Source of the DNA: Chromera velia
Taxonomy: Eukaryota
Assembly: GCA_018398765.1 (NCBI GenBank)
Contig: JAHBMJ010000110.1
Span: 1-56,242, forward strand
Direction of reading: 5' to 3'
Length of the DNA: 56,242 nt
Below the pieces are notes generated by a model. The model was not told where the DNA came from and did no database searches. It worked only from the letters and a program-made list of their open reading frames with translations. Positions within the stretch are counted from its first letter, which is position 1; the number at the start of each line of letters is the position of its first letter. Below, piece after piece: positions 36,197 through 48,000 of this stretch. Position numbers and translations under genes: made by a program.

Positions 36197-37214
36197 CTGA
36201 CCTTAATCCTCTGATGCCATACTCGAGGTCTGCCTGCCTGTAGGTGACACGGCGTTCCTGAGAGAGCTTCTCCATCCCTTCAAGAGTCCTGTCCGCGAAC
36301 CAGGAAAGAGATGATGTCCCCCCTTCTACATCGCCTTCCCCGGCCTTCTTCATTGCTACCGATAGCCTGGTCGGTCTCGGTACACTGCTCCTTTGTGCGG
36401 GTGTCGGGGGGAGGGGTGAACTTCATTTCGGCATTCTGGATGAAAATCTCGCACTCGAGGATGGAGTCAAACGCCGAGAGGAAACCCGACCCCTCTGTCC
36501 AGAGATTTCGAATGTCTTCGACAGAGAACGCATCGCACTTGGGGGCATCGATGTCAAGCCCGAGCGACTTCACCAAATCAAAAAGAAAACTCTGCCGTCT
36601 CCTCTCCTAAAAAAACATCAGGGCGCATTTGTCTCCGCTTCCCCTCCGGATTCCAGATGAGAGGAAGCTCAGCCTTCCCAGACATTTCTCCTGCAACTTG
36701 CCGATCAAAGCACCAGGGCTCTGACCAGACGCCAGCTGGAGCAGGTGCCCATAGCGCCTCTCGTCACGATTGCAGGTGCCTCAGCAGCACTAGGTGTTGC
36801 AGATAGCAAAGGAGCGTGGGGAGCTGCAGATGCCTTAGGTGATGTTGATAGCATTGCAGATAGCAAAGGAGCGTGGGGAGCTGCAGACGGGTTGGGTGCT
36901 GTTGATGGCATTGCAGATGGCAAAGGAGCGTGGGGAGCTGCAGACGGGTTGGGTGCTGTTGATGGCATTGCAGATGGCAAAGGAGCGTGGGGAGCTGCAG
37001 ACGCGTTGGGTGCTGCCGATGGTAGAGACACGTTGAGAGATGGGGGGTTTGCACGTGGCACTGCCTCAGCAGCGTTGGTCACCCTTTCTGCGTAGACACG
37101 GCTTAAGTACTTGTATGTTGCCTCTTCTTCTTCGGTCATCGGTGCGCATCGGTGTTGCATTGGAGAAAGGCACAAATCCTCCATTTGAAGAGTGGAAGAA
37201 ATCCCACTCGGCAT
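31180..37214 (-). CDS. Divergent cyclin (N- and C-terminal cyclin folds), ~912 aa if spliced as 37214-36726, 36606-36301, 36257-36202, 35359-35246, 34310-34181, 33805-33654, 33315-33266, 33234-33119, 32824-32641, 32551-32290, 32165-31724, 31617-31180; may instead be a decaying pseudogene
   Basis: Spliced exons give LRMSELSDWGSELDKLHIDREVLFLAMYFIDAVL (cf. MRxxLVDWLxEV...ETLYLAVxYxDRFL), AASLSTK, LLEVWMIELVGFRLLVPSAADFV (cf. MExxILxxLxFxLxxPTxxDF), YLAEALCRLSL and AVGALLVAL. The core introns have strong sites and consistent phase. Four junctions need short or atypical introns. Confidence 0.7.
34760..35242 (-). repeat. Degenerate (GTGA/GTGG)n intronic array
   Basis: About 480 bp of actc/accc units on +, reading gtgagt/gtgggt on the cyclin sense strand. 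Confidence 0.85.
35962..36195. repeat. (GA)n/(GAGACA)n intronic microsatellite
   Basis: Directly visible purine tract; reads (CT)n on the cyclin sense strand. Confidence 0.95.
36797..37020 (-). repeat. Coding tandem repeat, 57 bp x ~4 (PSAMPSTAPNPSAAPHAPL) in the cyclin N-terminus
   Basis: ttgcagat anchors at 36797, 36854, 36911 and 36968. Confidence 0.95.
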
Positions 37215-37542
37215 CAAAGGAGTCCTGCACTTGTTCCATCACTTGATTTCAGTCTGATAACGTTAGAAGGTTGTGTCTGTTGTTGTAAGAAAAGGGAATT
37301 CACGCTGCATTACGCTACAATCATCAGTTTTGTTTCTCTTGTGTGGACAAGCCTGTTCGCTTGGCCTTACTGGTCTTCTGCAGCTGTATGTTCGATAGAT
37401 GTTGAATTCTGTTGCAAAAGAACCTTGAAGTTCTATTCGTCGAACGCATTCTAGCTAGCAGCGATTGACGGCGTCATGACGGCGTCAAGGGACCATGCAC
37501 CGGCCCTTTTGTCAATCCCGCGCCCCAAAAAGTTGACCATGC
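37215..37542. promoter_or_regulatory. Compact bidirectional promoter region (cyclin / histidine phosphatase)
   Basis: About 330 bp between divergent ATGs; contains tandem TGACGGCGTCA x2 at 37466-37487. Confidence 0.55.
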
Positions 37543-39254
37543 ATGCTTATGACAGGGGCGTCATGGAACACCCTTTTTGTCAATCCTGCAATCGATCTGG
37601 ACACCTATGACGGACTTTTCCCCAGCTCGTGGCTCCTTCTGGCCACTGCTCTTTGTGTCCGAGAAATGAGTGGTCAGTGCCGAATTAAATTGTTCTTCCA
37701 TTGGGCATATGTTCCCATTTTTGCATGTGCAGTCTGAGTGATCTCTGTTTCGAAAAGTCGACCGTTGACGTGGTCCTCCAGATCCATTCATTCAGCTGAC
37801 TACCCGATGAACTCGGAAGGGGGCGGCCAAACCCAAGCCAAGAAACCTGGGAGTGAACACAAGGAGGAACTGTTAAAGATTCGCGACACCTTTCGAAAGG
37901 ATGTGCAGTCTCTGCGTGTGAAGGCTTTTCTTCTTCGAGAGATGGAAAAGGGAGACGGGGAAAGGAGACGGCAGGCCGAAGAAGCGCAGGTCCCCCACAA
38001 GATTGTTCACTTCATCAGACACGGACAGGGGTTTCACAATGTTATCCACCAAGTGTTAGTCAGTCTATCTACCCATTTGCAGACATATATGCAGGTGCAT
38101 TGGACAGTATTGGAGAGACCCTGAGAGTTAAAACGTTCAGGCAGGCAGGGTATCTCTGGGGTTAATTGAATGTATCCCTTCCGAGGGAGTCAGACCATCT
38201 GTAGCCCCTCCACCCTGTCTCGGGATTTTGCTTCCTTTTGTGACCACGGATCTTCACCATTTTTATGAACAGCCTCGGGAGGCGTCCAGCAGGCCGTCTG
38301 AGAGGGGAAAAGAAAAGGGGAACAGACAATGAAAGAAGAAATTGATCAGATGCCGCTGTCTTTTTGACTGGCTATTTTTTCGTTCGCCTTCCTTCCTTCC
38401 TTCCTTCCTTCCTTCCTTCCTTCCTTCCTTCCTTCCCTCCCTTCCTTCCTTCCTTTCTTCCTTTTCTTCCTGACTTGCTTCTTCCTTCCTTCCTGCCTTC
38501 CTTCCTTCTCTCCCTCTTTTCTTCCCTCCTTCTTTCCATTTTCCCTCCTCCCACCCTGCCTCCAACATCCCGTCTGCTGACCGGATCAAAGCTCTCAACT
38601 CATGGGCTGTGTGTTCGTTGTCCGTTGGTCGTTGACTCTTTCTGCACTTTGAAAGATAAACGTTGACCCGGCCCCTTTTTTCTTCTTTCTGTTTGTGTAT
38701 TTTGGGATTTCTCTCTTGACCCACTCTCTCATGCACAGACTCGCACACTTGTCTGTTTGATGCACGGCTTGTCTGTCAATCCAGTTAAATTAAAGCTGGC
38801 ATGAACGTCTGTCTCCCACGAACGAAACTGAGTTTCCAACACCCCATTCGGGTGCTGCGCTTCCTCGCACGCCTTCTCCTTGAGCCTTGTTCAATCGCTT
38901 GGACTGGGCCCCGGTTTTTTCTTTTTCGATCCAGTTGTTGAGGCCGTAGAATGAACGTGTCTGTCTGTCTGTGTCTGTCTGTCTGTCTGTCTGTCTGTCT
39001 GGCATACACTGAGAGAGCGCGCCGAAAGAAAAGCAGGCAGGAAGCAAGTCAGAAAGGAAAAGAAGGAAGGGAACGGGAGAGGAATGGAGGCAAAAAAGAA
39101 AGAAAGAAAGAAAGACATCGCAGAGAATGAAGAAGGTGAAAAAGGGAAAGAAAAGACGATATAGTCTGTCTGAAACATACAGTCTGTCTGTCTGTCCGAA
39201 AGAAAGGAAGCGATTCGCAAAAAAAGTGAAGTGAAGAAAAGACGATGTAGTCTC

Positions 39255-39287
<33 letters not shown>

Positions 39288-39543
39288 GTCTGTCTGTCTG
39301 TTGTGTTCATGAAGAAAAGAAGGGAGAAGAAGAAACATATAGTCAGTCAGTCAGTCTGTCTGTCTGTCCGTCCGTCCTTCTTGACGCTGCCTGGCTTTCG
39401 TTGTCAGCGGATGCCTGCATGCGTGCCTTTCTTTCTTTCTTTCTTTTCTGGCTTGCTTACTTGCTTGCTTGCTTTTCTTCTTTCTTTCTTTCTTTCTTTC
39501 TTTTTTTTTTTTTCTTGCTTGCTTGCTTGCTTGTTTGCTTGCT

Positions 39544-39574
<31 letters not shown>

Positions 39575-40544
39575 TTGCTTGCTTCCTTGCTTGCTTTCTT
39601 TCTTTCTTTTCTGGCTTGCTTACTTGCTTGCTTGCTTTTCTTCTTTCTTTCTTTCTTTCTTTCTTTTTTTTTTTTTTTTTTCCTTCCTTCTTTCTTTCTT
39701 TCTTTTCTTTCTTTCTTTCTTTTCTGGCTTGCTTACTTGCTTGCTTGCTTATCTTCTTTTCTTTCTTTCTTTCTTTCTTTCTTTTTTTTCTTGCTTGCTT
39801 GCTTGTCTTTCTTTCTTTCTTTCTTTCTTTCTTTTCTGGCTTGCTTACTTGCTTGCTTGCTTATCTTCTTTTCTTTCTTTCTTTCTTTCTTTCTTTTTTT
39901 TCTTGCTTGCTTGCTTGTCTTTCTTTCTTCTTGCTTGCTTGCTTCCTTGCTTTCTTTCTTTCTTTCTGTCTTTCTTTCTTCCTTCCTTCCTTCCTTCCTT
40001 CTTTCTTTCTTTCTTTCTTTCTTCCTTCTTGCTTGCTTCCTTGCTTGCTTTCTTTCTTTCTTTCTTTTTTTTCTCGCTTGCTTGCTTGCTTGCTTTTCTT
40101 TCTTTCTTTCTTTCTTTCTTTCTTTCCGTCTTTCTGTCTTTCTGTCTTTCTTTCTTTCTTTCTTTCTTTCCTTCTTTCCTTCTTTCCTTCCTTCCTTGCT
40201 TCCTTCCTTCCTTGCTTCCTTCCTTCTTTCTTTCTTTCTTTCTTTCTTTCTTTTTCTGGCTTGCTTACTTGCTTGCTTGACTTGTGAGTCAAGAGAAGAA
40301 ATGGAAGGAGAAGAGGAGTCTCTGCGTGTCTCTCTGTCTATCTGTCTCTGTCTTTCTGTTTGCACGTAAAAAGGTTTGGAAGAACGAAGAGAAAGAGACG
40401 ACAAAAGGACGATGCTCTTCGTCTCTTCTTTGGCAGGGAAAGAAAGAAGAAGAGAAGAGAAAAGAAGCGATGAGAGGAAAGGAGAGGGGACCCTGTCCAT
40501 CTTCCTCGTTCCATGTCTGTCTGACCGTCTCCTTATCTTCTTCT

Positions 40545-40581
<37 letters not shown>

Positions 40582-41462
40582 ACTGTGTGTGTGTGTGTGT
40601 GTGCTTTCGTCTGTATGTCTGCTCGTGTGTCAGCATGTCTCTTTGCTTTCTAAGATTGCAGCAAGTCACATGTAAAGACGGGGAGAGAAGGAATGAAAGA
40701 AAGACTGGAAACCAGAAAGAAAGCAAGGACCAGGTCGTCTACTTTTCTGGTCTCGGGCATGCTTGTCCATCAGCCTGTGGGTTGTATGCTTTATTTCTCT
40801 CCAAGCAATCTGTTTTCACGGTCTGCCCCTTTTGCAGATACAAGTCTTTTGGCTCTGACGTCTCCCCCCTCGGCCTGGGTCCAAAAGAGGGCAACCCCTA
40901 TTGTCGACCTGACGTGATGGACGCGCCCCTCACTGAAGTCGGCAGACAGCAGGCGAGAGACTTACAGGAGGTCACGCAGATTCTGCATAAGTGTGAGCTC
41001 GTGTGCTCCTCTCCGCTCTGTAGGGCATTGCAGACGGCTGCTATCGCTTTTGATTATCAGATTGAGAGGGAGGCTGTTTCAAATGGCGCTAGCGTGAGGT
41101 CGAAAATTCCATTTGTTGTGCGAGAAGAGGTGAGGGAGCAAAATGGAGCGCATGCATGTGATAAGCGACGTCGAATCTCGGACCTTCAGAAGGAGTTTCC
41201 CTTTTTTGACTTCTCCATGTGCACCTCTGATGAGGATGTGTTCTGGGGTGAAGAGAGAGAACCGAAGCTGGACGTTGCACGTCGGGCAGAAAGGTTCCTC
41301 CAGTGGCTGAAAGACAGAGATGAAAAGGAAATGGCAGTCGCGACCCATAGTGCTTTCCTTGCCACTCTCTTTCTGGTCGTGTTGGAATGCGAGGAAGGAG
41401 GGAGGTTGACAGAGTGGTTCCATACGGGTGAACTTCGGTCTGTGGGTTTAATGTTTTCTTGA
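37543..41462 (+). CDS. Histidine phosphatase superfamily (phosphoglycerate-mutase-like) protein, ~337 aa; exons 37543-37672, 37796-38054, 40838-41462
   Basis: Catalytic motifs are intact: IRHGQGFHN, DAPLTEVGRQQA, SSPLCRALQTA, REQ...HACDKR and VATHSAFL. Intron phases (1,2) are consistent, giving 338 codons. The first exon is less certain (alternative ATG at 37807). Confidence 0.92.
39420..40280 (+). repeat. Higher-order (CTTT)n/(GCTT)n pyrimidine-rich array in the phosphatase intron
   Basis: About 860 bp almost without A; marker ctggcttgcttacttgcttgcttg recurs at 39448, 39611, 39724, 39836 and 40256. Confidence 0.95.
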
Positions 41463-42074
41463 TCCACAACTACAGCTACTCGCTCTCTGAGTTCATTCAT
41501 ATCTGTTCCTATCATCATCATCATCATACTCTCTAGCATACTCCATCGCCATCAGCCTATTTCTAATCTATCTACGGCTTTATAGGCTAAGTGCTAGCGT
41601 TTGCGGGCAATTGACGAAGCAGTTGTGTTCTTACAACTTGAACAGCGTTTCATTGGACTAGATTCAATTAAACTCCTATTGATACATCATAGAAATTAAT
41701 TGATTTTAATAGTTAAATCACATCCTGGATCGTAAATTCGTAATCTGACATAAAAATAAAAATTCAGCATGCTGAGTACTATAATTTATATGATTAGAAC
41801 GTCCTTAGTAGTAGTACGATCCTACAAGTATAATTTAAAATAACATCATTTTTTTTTAATGTACTGGTCAGAGGACCGCGGGGTGACCCGAAACATAAAT
41901 CCTATCCTATCTTATGATTCATATACATGAAGTCTTATCCTCAACTAACAAATCATACACTGAATTAAGAGCATGTTAGAGAGCATGATCCCTTCCCCCA
42001 ATCCATCAGTATGCTAGCTAATGCTAAAGTCAATGTATGTATCTTCAGGAGGTTGCTGCTAGGTTGACTGTCTG
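41463..42074. other. AT/TpA-rich island between convergent 3' ends (phosphatase / DEPDC5)
   Basis: 15/60 G+C in 41701-41760; many TA and CTAG words. Confidence 0.85.
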
Positions 42075-45000
42075 CTAGCTCGGTGGCCTGTCGTCACCGA
42101 GAAAGGACTCTCTGGGCACATCTCCAAGAAAGCTCGGCACGTCTCCCACAAAGCTGGGCGTCTCCAGTGCACCAAGGAAGCTCTGTGCGGGGATCTGAGA
42201 GAACGATTTCAGGTGAGGGTCTTGACCAGGAACAGAGACAGAGACGCCATGCGCGTTACCATCCATCATACCCACGCCGCTCGAAGTGGATGCAGAATGC
42301 CTGTCACCCAAAGCCTCTGAGGAGGCTCCCGAGACTTCCACGCGCATGGCCTGCGGGTGTCCGGCAGAGAGAGACATCGCCAGCTGGGTGAGGGCGACGG
42401 GGGAGCCGTGAGACTTCGCCCGAATCAACTGCATGTTCAAAAAGAAGAAGGAAAGAGAACTCATGGCAGAAAGTGTAAACGGCAGCGGGAAGCCCTTCTC
42501 AGATGGAAAGTGGGAGAGTCAAAAGATGCCCTTGCACGATCGCGAAGGCTGAAGGCGCTCTGATCTGAAAACGAAAAGCATCAACGATAGTAATGCCGCT
42601 ATTCGAAACAAAGCGATTGTTCGGTACCCAGTGTCTAAACACGGATAAACAGGTCGGGCAGGCACACAATGCTCCGAAACTGCGAGTCAGGAGAAAGAGA
42701 CGAAAAGACAGCCGAATGGGCGAGAGAGAGCTGGCAACCCTGAATGACACACGCACTCAGACTCGGACGGACCCCCCCCAAAAGTTTCGCGAAGACGTCA
42801 AAGTCTCGTCTCAAATCCTGAGCACGAGAGAGCTCTTCTGCTGCGACCTCGGCAGCCACCGCCGCAGCTGCAGACACACAAGCACACGTCCACACATACA
42901 CTCACACACAATCATGCACATGCAAGCAGACAGAAGAATGCACAGAGAGAGAGAGAGAAAGAAAGACAGACCTCTGGCCTGGGACACCACGGATCGGGCC
43001 TTGGGGACACTCAACGCGGCACCTCCCCACTGGAGCTTGGACGAGTGCCAAAAGATTTTGCCCCTGCAACCATTCACGCAAAAGAAGGAAGGAAGGAAGG
43101 AAGTACGGGAGCAATGGGAGAGAAACCAAAATGAAAGAAAGAAAAAAAAAGAACGGAGACAGACAGATCAAAGGCAGAAAAAGAAGAAAAAATGAAACGA
43201 AGGTTTCTCATTGCGACAGAGTTCCTTTTTTCTTCGGCACCCTTTCCCCTCTTCGCTTTTCAGACCAAAGTTGGTTGTTCTTCCACTCGTCAAAAAATAT
43301 GAGTGAGAGTGTATGCGCATGAACATATTATCAAGGGAGGAGGGAGAGCAGCAAGGAGAGGCGCTGGAACATTCGCTTTTCATTTCTCCAGACAAGAACG
43401 ACAGGGAGGAAGAAAACAGCAGACAAAAAGGTCGGAACCCAGAGCTCTCTGTGCATGTCAGCTGAAACGACAACGAGAGGGCGGGCAAAAAAGACAAACC
43501 CGAAGGAACAGACAAACTATCCTACGTCCACCCCCCCCCCTGGCCCCCCTAGGGACCCACCTTGTGAGGTGGACAAAGTACAGGCCCTTTCTCTGCGCCA
43601 AAATCCACCCTTCCTCCATTGAAGGAGGCAGGCCCTGCTCGTGACACTGCCACCCTGCCTTAGCGTAGTTCCCAGCCTTCATTCTCTCCCTCTCCGCATG
43701 ATGCGCCGCCAGCCTTCTCTCGGCGCCCGTATCGGAATCTTCCCCTCTGTCCTCTTCACCGTCTGCCACGGAAGACAGAGGCATACTCGACTGATGAGCC
43801 GCTTGCCGTCTTAACTTCAACCCCAGTCCCCCGGATGACGCTCGCAGGTCACGCGCGCTCGCAGCAAATCTCTTCCGATGCCACAGTCCGCCCTCTCCCT
43901 GTCCGCCCTTGTCTCCCTCTGTGAGCACAGCAAAGTCAGGCAAACTCCCCCGTCTCCTCCCCTCACCCCCATACCCCCCTCTGAACTTCAAACCTTTCCT
44001 GCCGAGCTCACTGCAATCTCCACCCTCCTTTCCGCAAACGAATAAAAGATTCAGAGGGGGGGCGAGGAGAATCGCCAAAACATCCCTCAAAAAGTCCAAT
44101 TCACGGAGAAGCGCTGAGGTCTCCATTTTGTCCCGCTCCCTCTGGGCAACTCGTGACAAACCCCTTCTCAGACTTGGCTTTACCTTGCCTCCTTCTCGCC
44201 CTATCTCTTCCCCTTTCCCCGTTACTCTCTCTTTGCCAATTACCTTTTCTCTCTCTCCCTCTTCCAACCCCCCCGTCTCCTCCTCAGGAACTGTGCGGGG
44301 CACCTGCAACGGCACTGCACCCCCAAACCCTCTTACAGCAACCACGCGACGTCCCCCCAAGGACAGAGCTCCGTTCTCGTCTTCTTCAGCTTCCGTTCCC
44401 GCATCACCTGCAGTCTTCCGCCCTTCCTCTGAAGGCCTTTCATCATTCCCCTTTCCAAACTCCATCTGTTCCCCCTCCAACACCAAATCCCTGTCAGCAT
44501 CATCCCCCTCTCCCCCCTCCCCCTCTCCTTCTAGCGCTGTGGACGGAAAACTTCGTGGAATTTCAACAACGATGGGAGGGTGGAAGGGGGGTCTCTTCCT
44601 CACCCATCGACGATCTAGCTGACCCCACAATTGGACCTGGGGCAGCTGCACAAGCGCAAAATTCCTCTTCGTCGCCAACACGTTCAACCTCCTCAGGAAA
44701 CGGTTGATGAACACAGAGCTGCACATCAACCACTCGACAGAGAATCGAAACAACAGAGGAGAACAAAAATTCGAGTCATAATGAATCCAAAACCGCTCGC
44801 ACGGAGGACCCTCTGTGCCCTCCCCATGAACGTGGGAGGAGGAGGACCCACTCGTCCCTCCTACCGTCGCAGAACCGGTAGAGGCGGGTGCTGATGTGGC
44901 GGCAGATGTTCCCGTTGCTTCGTTTGTTGCCCACACACTCTCATCAGTCCAACACGTGACGACTTCCGCACTCCGCACCCGCACCCCCTCATGCCCCCCA

Positions 45001-48000
45001 GAGGGCCAGGAGTGAGAGACGCGCAGAATGTGACGCTCGTCTCCCACCACATGTCCCGGTTTGTTTCCGAAACAGAGATTCGACAATTCGTCCATCAACA
45101 GACGGGCGTCTGAATTCATTGACGAGAAATTGAGATCGGAGAGGACCTCAGCCTCGTCTGAGAAGATGTTGCACCCCACAGCATCGAGACGCTTCTTCAA
45201 AACAGGGTGACCGGTCCAACTCACAGCAGCCGGTGGCCCGTCAGCGTGCCCCTCCGGGCCGCTCTGCACGCTCGAGCCGTCTCCGCCCTGATGGTGTGCG
45301 GGGGGGAAGGGAGGGGCACCCCCTGACCCTGTTCCGGTCTTGGCTGCATGGGGGGAGGCGCTGACTCTCTTCACGATTGTGGGCGGATAGGGGGAGGGAG
45401 GGAGGGATTCCTGAAGGATCGTGGAGGACGTAGGGGAGTGTCCACTCTGTGCAGATGCAGAGGGGTCAGTGCTGGGATTTCGAGGGGGGATCCATATGCT
45501 CCGACCTCCTTGCTGCTGCTGCGGCTGTGTTTGCGGTTGGGACCTGGGGCGATTCTCTGCCAGGCTTCTTGATAGAGAGGCAGGTGGGGTATGGGTTCCC
45601 TGACCACCACTGCCTCCCCCTGTAGAGCAGACTGCCTTTTCGACTGCTGTTGCGCGTCTGGTGGTTGCGTCAGTGTTGCTCTCTTTCTCCAGCATCTGGT
45701 CGGTTGTGACAAAGTGTGACTTTAGAGAGTCGTGCACAAGAATGAAAGCGACAGAGCGGATTTTCAGATTCCATCCTGCAATGTTATTGCGCACTCCGTA
45801 ACTGGGTGGTTGGGGTGTATGGAGACAAAGAATCTGGTCTATCTCGTTCCACGGCGGTTGGTCAGTCTGCTCAAACGTTCTGTTGACAAGCTTCCACGCT
45901 CTGCTGGGCGGTCGCATCGCAGAATCTGCAGGTGGTGGGAGGTTTCGTGGATCCGGTGGGCACCTGAGAGGCGACGCAAAGAAATCGGGAGGAGGGGAGC
46001 GGGAGGACGGCGAGGGGGAGGCTGCAGATGCGGAGCTGCTGCTTCTCGCGAGTGCGGGGTTGTGCCCCTCCGGCTCCAGTGGAACGTTGCCGAGAGAGAC
46101 ACCTGCTTCCTTGAGGGGGTTGAGGGGATCTTGGCGGAATGAGTCGGGATTTGCCCAAAGGAAAGGGCCTCTGTGTCGAACTTTGAAGGAGTACCGGTAG
46201 GGTTTGATGGAGTTTCCTTTTTCGTATTCTGTCGGAGAGGGGATCTGGGCAGCAGGTGTGGCTTTGTCTTCTTCTTCTTCTGTGTCTTTTTCCTTGTTTT
46301 GGTCGTCTTGGTCTGTGTTTTTGTGGAGATGTGCGCCCTCCTTCAACTGGCCCGCCTCTACACCTGCCTCGTTCTCTTTCGTTTTCTCTGCAACCAAAGG
46401 AGCCGGTAGGACAGCGGCTGCCTCGTTCTCTTTCGTTTTCTCTGCAACCGAAGGAGCCGGTAGGACAGCGGAAAGCTGCGCGTTGTCCTCTTTTGGGTTG
46501 TCGTCTGTGAGTGAGAGAAGAGGGGGCGGGCGGATAGGCGGTCCTCCAGTGTTGGACGAAAGGGGGTTGTGCAGCATGGCGGGGTCTCTTTCTGGGGGTG
46601 CAGGGAGTGGTAAGCCTAGGCCCGAGGTGGGAGTTTCGTTGAGGGGGCCGGGGGCCTGAGGGACGAGTGGAGTCAGGTGAGCCTGAGCTGAGGGATTGGG
46701 GACTGTGGCGGGGGTGTTTTCAATGGAGGAAGGAAAGGGGGGAATGAGGGGGGGCGTCTGGATGGCCCCTGCTCCTGTGGGGCCGTCTCTGTCTCTGTGG
46801 GTCCCTGGGAGGGATGAGGTCGAGGTCGCAAAGTCAGAGACGGCACGCACTCGCGTCATCAGATTGGGTGTCAACAGGGCGGTCGGGTTATTGATCCCGG
46901 CGGCAGTTGACGCTGGGGGCCGGACTGGGCCCGGTCCCTGAAATATTCCCGCTGAGGGTGTGGGGTTGGCTATGTCGGGTGTGAATCCTGCACGCGAGTG
47001 AGTGGATTTGTCTGCCTGCAGACCTGCAGTGTCTACTACCGACTGGGATTCCGTCGTTTGCATCCTTCGCCCAGGGTCGGTGTAGAGACGCGTCACTGTT
47101 GTCCTCGGGGCTTGAAGAGTGTCGGCGGCAGTCTGGTTTGCCTGGCCCCTCTCTTCTCCTTCTCGGCGGTCTGTTTGGTCTGCTGCTGGAGGCAGAGCGG
47201 GTTGCGCTGGGGGTCTGGCGAAGGGATGCATTGGGAGGAGGGGGGCACGGTAGACCTGCAGATTGGCGACAGCACCCGCAGCTGCTGCTGAAATGTCGAG
47301 ATCAGTAAAGTTGATCTTCCTTGCCGGTACAGCCCTTCCCTGTGCCGCAGTGGGCGAGTGACTCTGCAGAGAGGCTGCAGACCCAGAAAGGGTCAGGTTG
47401 CTTCGGTGTCCTCTGAGGCTTTGGCTCGCACTCTGAGACTGAGGGGGCTGCTGGGGGTGTGTCGGGATGCCGCCCATCGGCGGGTGGCCCACACTGACAA
47501 GCGAGGGGGAGGCGGACAGAGCGATTGTTTGAGAACGTGGACCTCCAAGCTGTGTGCCTGTGCCCGCAAGGATCCCACTGGCAACTGTATTCGTTCCTCC
47601 AGCAGAAGCAGAGAGGTTGAACAATGTGTCCATGTTGAAGTTGAAAGTCCCGTCGGCGCGCAGAACGGCAGACGCAGACGGACGCCCGAGGACGGACCGG
47701 TCCGGAAACATGGAACCACCATCTTCCCATTCGAGCATACCCCCCGCACCGTCTGGCGACTCTCCTCTGTCTGAGCTCTTCCCCGGGACCAGACTGTTCA
47801 AAGAGGCGTGCGAGAAAGAGAAACGTCCCCCCCCTGCGAGATGAGCCAGACTCGCAGCTGCAGACCCTCCTCTGACGAGTGCGAGACTGCCGAGAGAGGA
47901 GGACACAGCGAGAGTGGAAGGAGACGGTGTGAAGGGTCCAACCAGGTGAGTGGACGGGGTGGGAATGCCTAGGCCTAGGCCTCTCCCTTGATACAGCACA

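Noticed and set aside
36797..37020. Regularly spaced repeats as a CRISPR-like array (also 15171-15314 and 46364-46471)
   Set aside because: Units are multiples of 3, in frame, have no unique spacers or cas genes, and the context is eukaryotic.
39231..40500. Long Phe/Leu/Ser-rich 'membrane' ORFs and Lys/Glu/Arg-rich antisense ORFs
   Set aside because: Translations of a stop-poor intronic microsatellite.
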